Below are positions 49,761 through 61,533 of a stretch of 64,000 bases of DNA, one piece after another. Below the pieces are notes generated by a model that worked only from the letters and a program-made list of their open reading frames with translations, was not told the origin of the DNA and did not search any database. Both the position numbers and the translations under genes were made by a program. Source of the stretch: Balanoglossus misakiensis (lineage: Eukaryota > Animalia > Hemichordata); contig CM082584.2 in NCBI GenBank assembly GCA_040954595.2, positions 854,281 through 918,280 of the forward strand, written 5' to 3'. Within the stretch, counting starts at the first letter, position 1, and the number at the start of each line of letters is the position of its first letter.

Positions 49761-52700
49761 GGTTATGGAGAATTTTTGAAATGTTGATGAACGGAGACTT
49801 ATTAGAATCAATGAAAACCTACCTTTAACGGTGTTACGGTTACTAAACGTGAGAGACCGCTTGTCTCGTTCATCCGATTCTGAGCTTCTAGCTCTTGTGG
49901 AGACATGCGGAGGTACAGCGGGTTAACGGTTAGAAAGTGTTGATGAAAGAAATAAGTTTATAGGCCAATCAGGAGTTAGATTCGAATGTCCGAAAATGAG
50001 CTCGAGAAACCGTAGGCGAACGCAAGAGACAGCAATTTAAATTTGCATAACTAGAGGTTTGGGTGGAAAGATTTCAGAATTTAACGCACATATACAGATA
50101 TTTTGTAGTGGAAATTTGAGTATATTATAAATAGTACATGTAATAAGACTGTGAATTGATTTTATTTACTGACAATTAAATGAAGTTACCCTTTGAGTAT
50201 GGGTGTTTATCGAGGGGGGGGGGGGTCCAAAAAAATGTTAGAAACTGTTGAAGATGAAACCGGAAAGATGTAGCAAATTCGTTAGTTTTCCCTTTTTTGG
50301 AAATTATGCTCGAAGCGTGTGATTGGTCAATTAGTCAGAAGGGGATTGGTTGGAAATAGTCGAATATGATTGGGCAATAAGTTCGAAGCTGAAATCCCTC
50401 AGGCTGTATAAATACGGTGTTTGTGGCGTGTACTAATGGAGTATGGCTGGGGTGTGTTGTGTCGAGCAGTCTAGTATATCATTTGTGGGGCATTGAATAT
50501 TTAGAACAAAGTTCTCTATGTCGGACTTCCTAACATATACTCGATCGTTGATAACAAAACGAGCAGATATTTTTGTGCAAATAGTGTGCGCAAAACAACA
50601 ACTAAACATGAAGACAACAAGATAGTACTGCGTGCGGTGCGACTCGGTTGTAAGCGTCAAGTCAAAAACTGCAAATACATGCAACAGGTGTAAATATAGT
50701 CGACTGAAATGCTGAAAAACCATGAATATCGATTGGCTCAAAGTGATGGGAATCGGCTCAACTTACCGGAGGGAATTGGTACATTATATAACGAGTAAAC
50801 TAGAACGAAAGAAATCCCAGCGTGAACACTGGAAATTGTTCGTAAATTAATATTTATACATGTATGTGTATATTGCGTAACCTTCGAAAATTCGAATATC
50901 ATTAGCACTTGGCCTAAAAAGTTGTGCATTGCGAGTGGGACACTGGGCAATTATTTTTATGGGCCGCCATCGCTATGCAGTTTAGATGTAGTATTTTACT
51001 CAACTTTTACCGGCAAGTGAGTGATTTGCTTTCAGAAGGTAATGAGACGGAAATAAACTTATGCAATCAGAGTTAATTATTCGTGAGAAAACAAACTTTT
51101 GTACTAGATTTATTGTAATTTTTCAGTGTATACTCCTGGCCTTCGCAGGACTTTCATTTTTTACCCGGTTTGTGTGTTTTCGGGTTACCCATGGGCACTC
51201 TCTACCTGTTTTAAAACTCTGAACAAGTCGATGTCACGTGTATCATTTTATGTACGACGTACATCATTATAATAATGCTATAGTGAAGTTTTTAAAAAGG
51301 AAATATTGTTTTAGTGTTATTCTCTTCGTTTTTTTTATGACTGAAATATGCTTGTGCTTGATGGAAAAACCGGATTCAACCTTAGCTTAATATATGCATT
51401 ATCGTTCGCAACTGACGTCATATAATGTAGCAATTTCCCTCCGGTTAAATTGAACCAATCGGCATTCCCGTTTTTCCACCATTTCACTCGAATATCTAAC
51501 TCCAGGATCCTGATTGGCCTATGTAATTAATCATTCCTTTCATCAACACTTCCTAACCGTTAACCCGCTGTACCTCCGCATGTCTCCACAAGAGCTAGGA
51601 GCTCAGAATCGGTCGGACGCAGACCAGCGGTCTGTCAGGTGTAGTAACCCTAACACCGTTAAAGGTAGGTTTTCATTTATTCTATTATAAGTCTCCGTTC
51701 ATCAACATTTCAAAGATTCTCAATAATGCAGTAGTTGCCACTGTACTTCAATGAAATATTTCCTTTCAAACTTGCAAATGGTAACCGAATCTCAAATCGC
51801 AAATCTTACCATTTTTAATAACGAAGTCGGATGGTTATGGAGAATTTTTGAAATGTTGATGAACGGAGACTTAATAGAATCAATGAAAACCTACCTTTAA
51901 CGGTGTTACGGTTACTAAACGTGAGAGACCGCTTGTCTCGTTCATCCGATTCTGAGCTCCTAGCTCTTGTGGAGACATGCGGAGGTACAGCGGGTTAACG
52001 GTTAGAAAGTGTTGATGAAAGAAATAAGTTTATAGGCCAATCAGGAGTTAGATTCGAATGTCCGAAAATGAGAAACCGTAGGCGAACGCAACAGACAGCA
52101 ATTTAAATTTGCATAACTAGAGGTTTGGGTGGAAAGATTTCAGAATTTAACGCACATATACAGATATTTTGTAGTGGAAATTTGAGTATATTATAAATAG
52201 TACATGTAATAAGACTGTGAATTGATTTTATTTACTGACAATTAAATGAAGTTACCCTTTGAGTATGGGTGTTTATCGAGGGGGGGGGGGGTCCAAAAAA
52301 ATGTTAGAAACTGTTGAAGATGAAACCGGAAAGATGTAGCAAATTCGTTAGTTTTCCCTTTTTTGGAAATTATGCTCGAAGCGTGTGATTGGTCAATTAG
52401 TCAGAAGGGGATTGGTTGGAAATAGTCGAATATGATTGGGCAATAAGTTCGAAGCTGAAATCCCTCAGGCTGTATAAATACGGTGTTTGTGGCGTGTACT
52501 AATGGAGTATGGCTGGGGTGTGTTGTGTCGAGCAGTCTAGTACATCATTTGTGGGGCATTGAATATTTAGAACAAAGTTCTCTATGTCGGACTTCCTAAC
52601 ATATACTCGATCGTTGATAACAAAACGAGCAGATATTTTTGTGCAAATAGTGTGCGCAAAACAACAACTAAACATGAAGACAACAAGATAGTACTGCGTG

Positions 52701-53896
52701 CGGTGCGACTCGGTTGTAAGCGTCAAGTCAAAAACTGCAAATACATGCAACAGGTGTAAATATAGTCGACTGAAATGCTGAAAAACCATGAATATCGATT
52801 GGCTCAAAGTGATGGGAATCGGCTCAACTTACCGGAGGGAATTGGTACATTATATAACGAGTAAACTAGAACGAAAGAAATCCCAGCGTGAACACTGGAA
52901 ATTGTTCGTAAATTAATATTTATACATGTATGTGTATATTGCGTAACCTTCGAAAATTCGAATATCATTAGCACTTGGCCTAAAAAGTTGTGCATTGCGA
53001 GTGGGACACTGGGCAATTATTTTTATGGGCCGCCATCGCTATGCAGTTTAGATGTAGTATTTTACTCAACTTTTACCGGCAAGTGAGTGATTTGCTTTCA
53101 GAAGGTAATGAGACGGAAATAAACTTATGCAATCAGAGTTAATTATTCGTGAGGATACAAACTTTTGTACTAGATTTATTGTAATTTTTCAGTGTATACT
53201 CCTGGCCTTCGCAGGACTTTCATTTTTTACCCGGTTTGTGTGTTTTCGGGTTACCTATGGGCACTCGCTACCTGTTTTAAAACTCTGAACAAGTCGATGT
53301 CACGTGTATCATTTTATGTACGACGTACATCATTATAATAATGCTATAGTGAAGTTTTTAAAAAGGAAATATTTTTTTAGTGTTATTCTCTTCGTTTTTT
53401 TTATGACTGAAATATGCTTGTGCTTGATGGAAAAACCGGATTCAACCTTAGCTTAATATATGCATTATCGTTCGCAACTGACGTCATATAATGTAGCAAT
53501 TTCCCTCCGGTTAAATTGAACCAATCGGCATTCCCGTTTTTCCACCATTTCACTCGAATATCTAACTCCAGGATCCTGATTGGCCTATGTAATTAATCAT
53601 TCCTTTCATCAACACTTCCTAACCGTTAACCCGCTGTACCTCCGCATGTCTCCACAAGAGCTAGGAGCTCAGAATCGGTCGGACGCAGACCAGCGGTCTG
53701 TCAGGTGTAGTAACCCTAACACCGTTAAAGGTAGGTTTTCATTTATTCTATTATAAGTCTCCGTTCATCAACATTTCAAAGATTCTCAATAATGCAGTAG
53801 TTGCCACTGTACTTCAATGAAATATTTCCTTTCAAACTTGCAAATACTACTTGAACCGAATCGCAAACCTTTCCATTTTTAATAACGAAGTCGGAT
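49761..53896. repeat. tandem duplication of a ~2.07-kb unit, each copy bounded by inverted repeats
   Basis: Copy 1 49761-51832, copy 2 51833-53896; ORFs at 50433/52499 and 50738/52804 are (near-)identical and offset by 2066 bp. Confidence 0.97.
50318..50415 (+). promoter_or_regulatory. three reverse CCAAT boxes + TATA box (second copy at 52384-52481)
   Basis: GATTGG at 50320, 50344 and 50368 (24-bp spacing), followed by TATAAATA at 50407. Confidence 0.6.
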
Positions 53897-54384
53897 GCCG
53901 AAATTACCAACTCACTTTTTTTATCGGATTCCATCATTCTAATACTTTACTTCAATGTTCAAAAATTGTGTAAAACAATATCCACTTTCAATCTATATTT
54001 CAGGTTTAACGGCTATTTGTGCAACATTTGACAGTACTCACATCATGGACTTTTCCTACAACGCACACCCTCTTCTTCTGTGGAGATATCTCGACTTCTG
54101 ATATCATTATTTGTGGCGGATGATACAATTCTGTTACAAATTTTTCAGGTATATCCATCGCTTTTCGCCCGCAAGGTATGATCTGGAAAAAAGTTTGGCG
54201 TAGTCTGTAAGTTGTGTGACTGAATCCGTAAAGGTGGCATTTGGAGGAAAAATTTTGAGCATTTTTATCAGTAATCTAGTTTGTTTAAAATATTGGAACG
54301 CGATCAAAAATAAATGCGACTTGTAAACGAGTGCCGCGTTTGAATCGGTATTGACGATAAACATCGGTAATCGGCGATGAAATC

Positions 54385-55375
54385 AATGGATTTTCAATGT
54401 ACGTGATCGCATGGAGGCTGCCATATTGGATTACATCCGAAGACCTTCCGATAAGTTTCGGGGTGCGATTATAACATACCTTTGCTCTTTCATAGAGGCA
54501 AATGGTATTATATCTTCCAGTGGAAAAGTTGCGGAGCTGTATGTATTCTCTCTTCTGTTATCTGTTCAGCTATTTCGGATTTTCTTTCCAGAATTTAAGT
54601 TCCAGAACGTTGCCATCCTGCTGCATACAAGGCACGCTAAACAGTTTGCCATTGGCTGAATTCCGGATCTGGACTGTATCCTCAATGAGGCACAATTTCA
54701 CTGCCACTCCTTGGCTGCATGGTTGCAGATGATGGAGCTAAGGTACGTAACAATCGCACCCCGAAACGCCTGGGCCCTTTTTTGTGTGTAGTCATTGTGG
54801 GTATGTTAACCTCCCATGTCCTACATTTTTAGAAATTTAGTATACAAAATTGAATGACCGATTATGTTTTAGAGACCTTTCCCGAATCCACCTGAAGCCC
54901 AGTCGGAATGTCTTGGGATGTAACCTAAATTCAATATGGCCGCCTCCATGCGTTCACTTGCATTAAAAAAAACGTTGATTTTATCTCCGAGTGGCGGTGT
55001 TTATCGTCAGTACCAATTGAAACGCGGCACTCGCTTACAGGTCGCATTTTTATTTTTGAGCGCGTTCTAATATTCTAGAAAGAAAAAAATGATAGTTTCG
55101 AGTACGGATTACATGTATTTTAAAACGAGGTTTGGTCACAATTGTATCACTACTAAATGACTTACAATCGATGTTTTTAATTGTCTTTGCACCACAGTAT
55201 GAATCATGTGATGGTAAATCGCATTCAACTTAGAAGGCGTGGAGTAAGTGCAACTGATGGTAACTGGGATACCAAACTGAAACTTTTGGGAGAGAAAACC
55301 TTGCCATGCATGGACGTGGTTGGCACAGTTAAACTTGGGTTAAATACTACAGCGACAACTGAAGTCCCGGTGAGA
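54385..55375. pseudogene. rearranged mirror copy of the OB-fold gene
   Basis: 54455-54715 matches 49246-49503 directly; 54740-54960 is inverted 49060-49270; 55198-55370 (+) encodes YESCD..TDGNWDTKLKLLGEK..LNTTATTEV, homologous to exon 48850-48644. Confidence 0.75.
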
Positions 55376-58300
55376 TATTATAAAATACTCTTACATCATA
55401 AAATTGAAATCCTACATGTCAATAATTTCATATTTTCACTAATGTTTAGCAAAAAACAACTGCTCTCAACAAACCTTACCCCTCCCCCTCTTGTATTGTC
55501 AGTGCTTTGTAATCTATCAGTAACAATCCATTTTTTTCTCTCAAGGTGTTAAAACAACCTATAGCTACTGGTGATGACATGATACCGTCCATGGGGTGTT
55601 GGAGGTAATACACTTTGTAAGTATTAACCAGTCAGGACGTAAGTGGGGTAATTACGGCGGTGAGATCAAAGAGATCTATTTGAATGTGAAAGTCGCTGAG
55701 TGGCAGTTACGGCCAGTTCGAAAAATTTTCAAACGGAGATTTTCGGTACTACAAGTGATCGTAGTGCACCCATTTTTCTAAGACGTGTATGAAACACCAT
55801 AGTCAATGATAGGATGATTTTTCGTGAAGTTTTAACGACGCTTTCCCGAGAAAGACAGTTTCGGTATGTTGGTTTAAATTGTGGTCCTTGACTCTCGGCA
55901 AAGATTTCTTGTCTTGAAAAAAATTGGGTAGGTTAGGAAGATATTGAACTAAGTTACCGTGAAATTATAATAGTGTGAGCCGCTCCGTTGTGGAGTAATG
56001 ACGGTGTAAAAATTGCCTTCGCCATCGACGAGTACAGCCGTGTTTGCCATATGTGTATGCATTGAAGTAGGTCAACGCATGTTAACCCATGACGTAATGG
56101 CTTCCTTTTCAACGTGTCGTTATCTCTCATTAGCATATTACATACGGAGTCTATACACTATTCACGCTGACTGACTTCTCAGGACTGACCTATGGCACAG
56201 TAAATTGTGGTCCTTGACTCTCGGCATGGATATATTCATGTCAAAATTATGAATAGAGGAGTTTAATAATGTTTCTAAAACCTGAGGGGGTTAATTTTTG
56301 TGTGGGTATGGCTGATATTTTTTTTTTTGTAACTTCAAGGTCACTTTGAATTTCGAGATCACAATTTTGTCAGTGGAAGTAAAGAAATTCTTCTCGATAA
56401 AACTTCATGAAAAATCACATGTAGTACACTCATAGTACCAGTAATGTGCCTGGGGTGAAATAATTGTCAGAAATGGGTTGCTAGTTGCTTAACTTTCGTT
56501 GTGAAAAAAGTTGAAAAACTGTATGCAAATGAGCAATTCAAACGTTACTGGCCAGTTCAATTGTTTGCATTGCATGATCCCCTGCTGTTTAATTATCCCA
56601 CTTACGTCCTGACTGTAACTGCAGTAGTTGCTTACATCAGACTCCCACTATCTGCATGCAAGTTGTGGATGGATTTGCAGAGAGAGAGGCTAGTACACGG
56701 CACTCATGTGGACCTGCACTACCACATTTCTATTCAACATCAGGTCTCTGAGTAAAAAGATCGCCATGTAAATTTTCTCTAAGTTTGTTAGAGAAATAAA
56801 GTACAACTTTAGTGTTTCACTAATTGAGTTTCAGTGTTCTTGTATTGTCTCGTTTGCCCCATGCCAACCTCAAAGTAAACGTCAAATTTGCCATTTTTGA
56901 CTTATTTGTCCTTGTAGTGGGCCACATAGCATTTTAGTGCTACTTATGAAAATCTGAAGAACCAAATGCCTAATTTACCCACTCTGCACAGATTTATTTC
57001 AATGGTACAGACTTGATGATCAGTATAGCGCCCTCTGTGGTAGTATTTGGGGGGGGGGTAACCTAGCCTTTGTATGTTTATCCCTGTCCGGTTCCATTCC
57101 ACTTGTATCTATGGTAACCTAATTATCAGCAGTAAAGGCCACAGCTTTGAAACAGTTTTAATATCAAGCACTCTGAATTACACGGCCATTCTCATTGGTG
57201 CATATAGTGTAGTCACGTTGTATTTTACTGCAACTGGTGAAAGTCTCCTAAAAAACCAAATGTGTCTTTACCCACTGTGCACAGAGTATTTGAATGATAC
57301 TCAGTTGATGGTCATATAGTATAGCGCCCTCTGTGGTAGTATTTTGATTATGGAGGTGGGGTTAAATCTTGTCTTTGCATATGTTTATCCCTGTCATGTT
57401 GCATTGGGCTTGTATCTATGGTAACCTAATTATCAGCAGTAAAGGCCACAACTATGAAACAGTTTTAATATCAAGCACTCTCTGAATTACATGGCCATTC
57501 TCATTGGTGTATATAGTGTAGTCACGTTGTATTTTACTACAACTGATGAAAGTCTCCTAAAAAACCAAATGTGTCTTTACCCACTGTGCACAGAGTATTT
57601 GAATGATACTCAGTTGATGGTCATATAGTATAGCGCCCTCTGTGGTAGTATTTTGATTATGGAGGTGGGGTTTAATCTTGTCTTTGCATATGTTTATCCC
57701 TGTCATGTTGCATTGGGCTTGTATCTATGGTAACCTAATTATCAGCAGTAAAGGCCACAACTATGAAACAGTTTTAATATCAAGCACTCTCTGAATTACA
57801 TGGCCATTCTCATTGGTGTATATAGTGTAGTCACGTTGTATTTTACTGCAACTGATGAAAGTCTCCTAAAAAACCAAATGTGTCTTTACCCACTGTGCAC
57901 AGAGTATTTGAATGAGTAGTATTTGAATGATACTCAGTTGATGGTCATATAGTATAGCGCCCTCTGTGGTAGTATTTTGATTATGGAGGTGGGGTTAAAT
58001 CTTGTCTTTGCATATGTTTATCCCTGTCATGTTGCATTGGGCTTGTATCTATGGTAACCTAATTATCAGCAGTAAAGGCCACAACTATGAAACAGTTTTA
58101 ATATCAAGCACTCTCTGAATTACATGGCCATTCTCATTGGTGTATATAGTGTAGTCACGTTGTATTTTACTACAACTGATGAAAGTCTCCTAAAAAACCA
58201 AATGTGTCTTTACCCACTGTGCACAGAGTATTTGAATGATACTCAGTTGATGGTCATATAGTATAGCGCCCTCTGTGGTAGTATTTTGATTATGGAGGTG

Positions 58301-58907
58301 GGGTTTAATCTTGTCTTTGCATATGTTTATCCCTGTCATGTTGCATTGGGCTTGTATCTATGGTAACCTAATTATCAGCAGTAAAGGCCACAACTATGAA
58401 ACAGTTTTAATATCAAGCACTCTCTGAATTACATGGCCATTCTCATTGGTGTATATAGTGTAGTCACGTTGTATTTTACTGCAACTGATGAAAGTCTCCT
58501 AAAAAAAACAAATAAGTCTTTACCCACTGTGCACAGAGTATTTGAATGATACTCAGTTGATGGTCATATAGTATAGCGCCCTCTGTGGTATGATTTTGAT
58601 TATGGAGGTGGGGTTTAATCTTGTCTTTGCATATGTTTATCCCTGTCATGTTGCATTGGGCTTGTATCTATGGTAACCTAATTATCAGCAGTAAAGGCCA
58701 CAACTATGAAACAGTTTTAATATCAAGCACTCTCTGAATTACATGGCCATTCTCATTGGTGTATATAGTGTAGTCACGTCGTATTTTACTACAACTGATG
58801 AAAGTCTCCTAAAAAACCAAATGTGTGTTTACCCACTGTGCACAGAGTATTTGAATGATACTCAGTTGATGGTCATATAGTATAGCACCCTCTGTGGTAG
58901 TATTTTG

Positions 58908-60047
58908 GTCTCTCAGATACTGTTCTCATGTGGTTTAAGTCATACCTTTCCAATCGTAGTCAGTGTGTACTTGTAAATTCCACCCAATCACCTTTCTATC
59001 AGCTCGACACTGGGGTACCATAGGGATCAGTTCTTGGTCCCATACTTTTCAATATGTACCCGTCTCCATTTGGTGAATTAGTTCAAAGTCATGGTTGTCT
59101 TTATAGTTTTTATGCAGATGACTCTTCACTTTATATGTCTTTTAGTAAAGACAACGCAGCAAGAACTGTTGCAAATTTTGAACTTTGTATATCCGATGTT
59201 AGGTTTTGGATGTCTGAAAACTTCTTGTGCTTATACGACGATAAGACTGAATTTGTTATTTTCTTTGGTATTTCAGGTGATCTGTCTGCTAGAGGGATTT
59301 CAGAAATTCGTGTTGGCGATTCTCTGATTCCTGTCCATTGTCAGGCTAAGAGCCTTGGTGTGATCCTTGACTCTTGTCTGACAATGAAGCCACATATTGG
59401 ACAGATCTGCCGCTCTGCCACTTTTCATTTACGTCGCATTGCGCTTATCCGCAAATATTTATCTCATTCTGCTACAGAGCAATTAGTTCATGCATTCATT
59501 ACTTCTCGAATTGATTCATGTAATTCACTTTTATTTGGGCTCCCGAAGTATTCAATCAACCGTATCCAACGCGTTCAGAATATTGCTGCTAGAATTGTTA
59601 CTCATTCAAAAATCACCTGTCACATCACTCCAATTTTGTATCAGTTGCACTGGCTACCTGTTACACAGCGTATTGTTTTTAAGATGTTAGTTCTCATTTT
59701 TAAATCCATTCATAAACTTGGTCCAATCTATCTTTCTAGCATGACTAATCTATATGTTCCGTGTCGCAATTTAAGGTCAGCTGATCAGTTCAAACTCTGC
59801 CTTGTTCGATCACGCACTAAGAGTTATGGTGATCGTGCTTTTACTGTTGCTGCTCCAATTCTTTGGAATAATCTTCCACTCACCATTCGCCAGGCACCAG
59901 ACTTATCTGTTTTTAAATCAAATGTTAAAACTTTACTTTTTAAATCTGTTTTTTAGCCATTTGTTGTATTGTACTTTTGCTTTAAGCGTCATTGATCACA
60001 TTTTTGTGGATACTGACACTATACAAATAAATTATTATTATTATTAT
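58908..60047 (+). mobile_element. 5'-truncated L2-clade LINE with (TTA)n tail
   Basis: GVP*GSVLGP (TAG at 59021), FYADD, HAFITSRIDSCNSLL, HITPILYQLHWLP, YGDRAFTVAAPILWNNLP; TATTTTG duplicated at 58901-58907 and 60048-60054. Confidence 0.95.
59054..59956 (+). CDS. L2 ORF2 C-terminal RT fragment
   Basis: 300-aa ORF with YADD and an L2-type C-terminus; broken upstream by a stop codon and 5' truncation. Confidence 0.85.
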   Translation: MYPSPFGELVQSHGCLYSFYADDSSLYMSFSKDNAARTVANFELCISDVRFWMSENFLCLYDDKTEFVIFFGISGDLSARGISEIRVGDSLIPVHCQAKSLGVILDSCLTMKPHIGQICRSATFHLRRIALIRKYLSHSATEQLVHAFITSRIDSCNSLLFGLPKYSINRIQRVQNIAARIVTHSKITCHITPILYQLHWLPVTQRIVFKMLVLIFKSIHKLGPIYLSSMTNLYVPCRNLRSADQFKLCLVRSRTKSYGDRAFTVAAPILWNNLPLTIRQAPDLSVFKSNVKTLLFKSVF

Positions 60048-60946
60048 TATTTTGATTACAGAGGTGGGGTTTAATCTTGCCTTTGCATATGTTTATCCCT
60101 GTCCTGTTGCAGTGGGCTTGTATCTATGGTAACCTAATTATCAGCAGTAAAGGCCACAACTATGAAACAGTTTTAATATCAAGCACTCTCTGAATTACAC
60201 GGCCATTCTCATTGGTGTATATAGTGTAGTCACGTTGTATTTTACTGCAACTGATGAAAGTCTCCTAAAAAAACAAATGTGTCTTTACCCACTGTGCACA
60301 GAGTATTTGAATGATACTCAGTTGATGGTCATATAGTATAGCGCCCTCTGCTGTAGTATTTTGATTATGGAGGTGGGGTTTAATCTTGTCTTTGCATATG
60401 TTTATCCCTGTCCTGTTGCATTGGGCTTGTATCTATGGTAACCTAATTATCAGCAGTAAAGGCCACAACTATGATACAGTTTTAATATCAAGCACTCTCT
60501 GAATTACATGGCCATTCTCATTGGTGTATATAGTGTAGTCACGTTGTATTTTACTGCAACTGATGAAAGTCTCCTAAAAAAAACAAATGTGTATTTACCC
60601 ACTGTGCACAGAGTTTTTGAATGATACTCAGTTGATGGTCATATAGTATAGCACCCTCTGTGGTAGTATTTGGATTATAGGGGAAGGGGTAACCTACCTT
60701 TTCTATACATGTATATGGTTATCCCTCTTCTATTGCATTCCGCTTGTATCTATGGAAACCTAATTATCAGCAGTGAATGCCAAATTGTAAAACAGCAACA
60801 TATTTATTATCAAACACTGTATGGAATTGAATATACACAATATGTTTTGTATGTTTGCTGGCTACATACATACATGCATAAATACGTACATACATATATT
60901 ACACTCATACTCAAACACACAGCTAATGGACTCTTTTTTGTTCATC

Positions 60947-61018
60947 ATCCCCACCAGGAATCGAACCAGGATCTCTTATCACAAAGTGACAAGTGTGTTA
61001 ACCATTACACCATGAGGA
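60947..61018 (-). pseudogene. tRNA-like sequence (tRNA pseudogene or SINE head)
   Basis: TCCTCATGGTGTAATGGTTAACAC..GGTTCGATTCCTGGTGGGGA has A and B boxes and an acceptor stem, but a non-canonical anticodon arm. Confidence 0.6.
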
Positions 61019-61247
61019 TTGTTTTATCTCCACTAACTGCCAACACACTGTCCAATTGCACATTCACTCACTGACATATTCAACACACCAGTTTTTTTAT
61101 TTCAATAAAAATTCACAAATGCATGTGAGAAATAACAGAGAGTCAGAAATTGGCATCCACAGGAGTTACTGCATTGCTATATGGTATTATAGAGCAGCCA
61201 ATGCAGTCTAACACTTTTATTAGCTTATTAAAGGCAGAAAGTCTCTT

Positions 61248-61533
61248 TGCTGCCCTTTTTTAATAATTATGTGTGATACAAGAGACTGTTAATGTGGATA
61301 TATAGTGAATCAACGTTCGACCACACACAGCTTCCATCCCGTTTGTAGGATATGACAGTAAAAACTCGCCCAAAATGAATAAATGGTAAAGACCAATTAT
61401 TCATTTTGGCAAGATTTTTCACTCTCGTGTCTACAAGCAGTGTGTGTTGTTGAATGTTGATTCACTATATATCCACATGTACATTAACATAAATGGTGTC
61501 TTGCATCAAACATAATTAATGGAAAAGGGTCCC
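61248..61533. mobile_element. foldback MITE; half copies at 2320-2465 and 4635-4760
   Basis: gtggatatatagtgaatcaac..ccaaaatgaat followed by its reverse complement. Confidence 0.7.

Larger units (their letters stand above)
56980..60775. repeat. 309-bp satellite array (~9 units) interrupted by a LINE
   Basis: Marker tatagcgccctctgtgg (or variant) at 57024, 57320, 57629, 57953, 58262, 58572, 58881, 60337 and 60647. Confidence 0.97.

Noticed and set aside
50433-53016. Duplicated 102-aa and 70-aa minus-strand ORFs as conserved genes
   Set aside because: Their identity reflects the recent tandem duplication; non-ATG starts and no domain.
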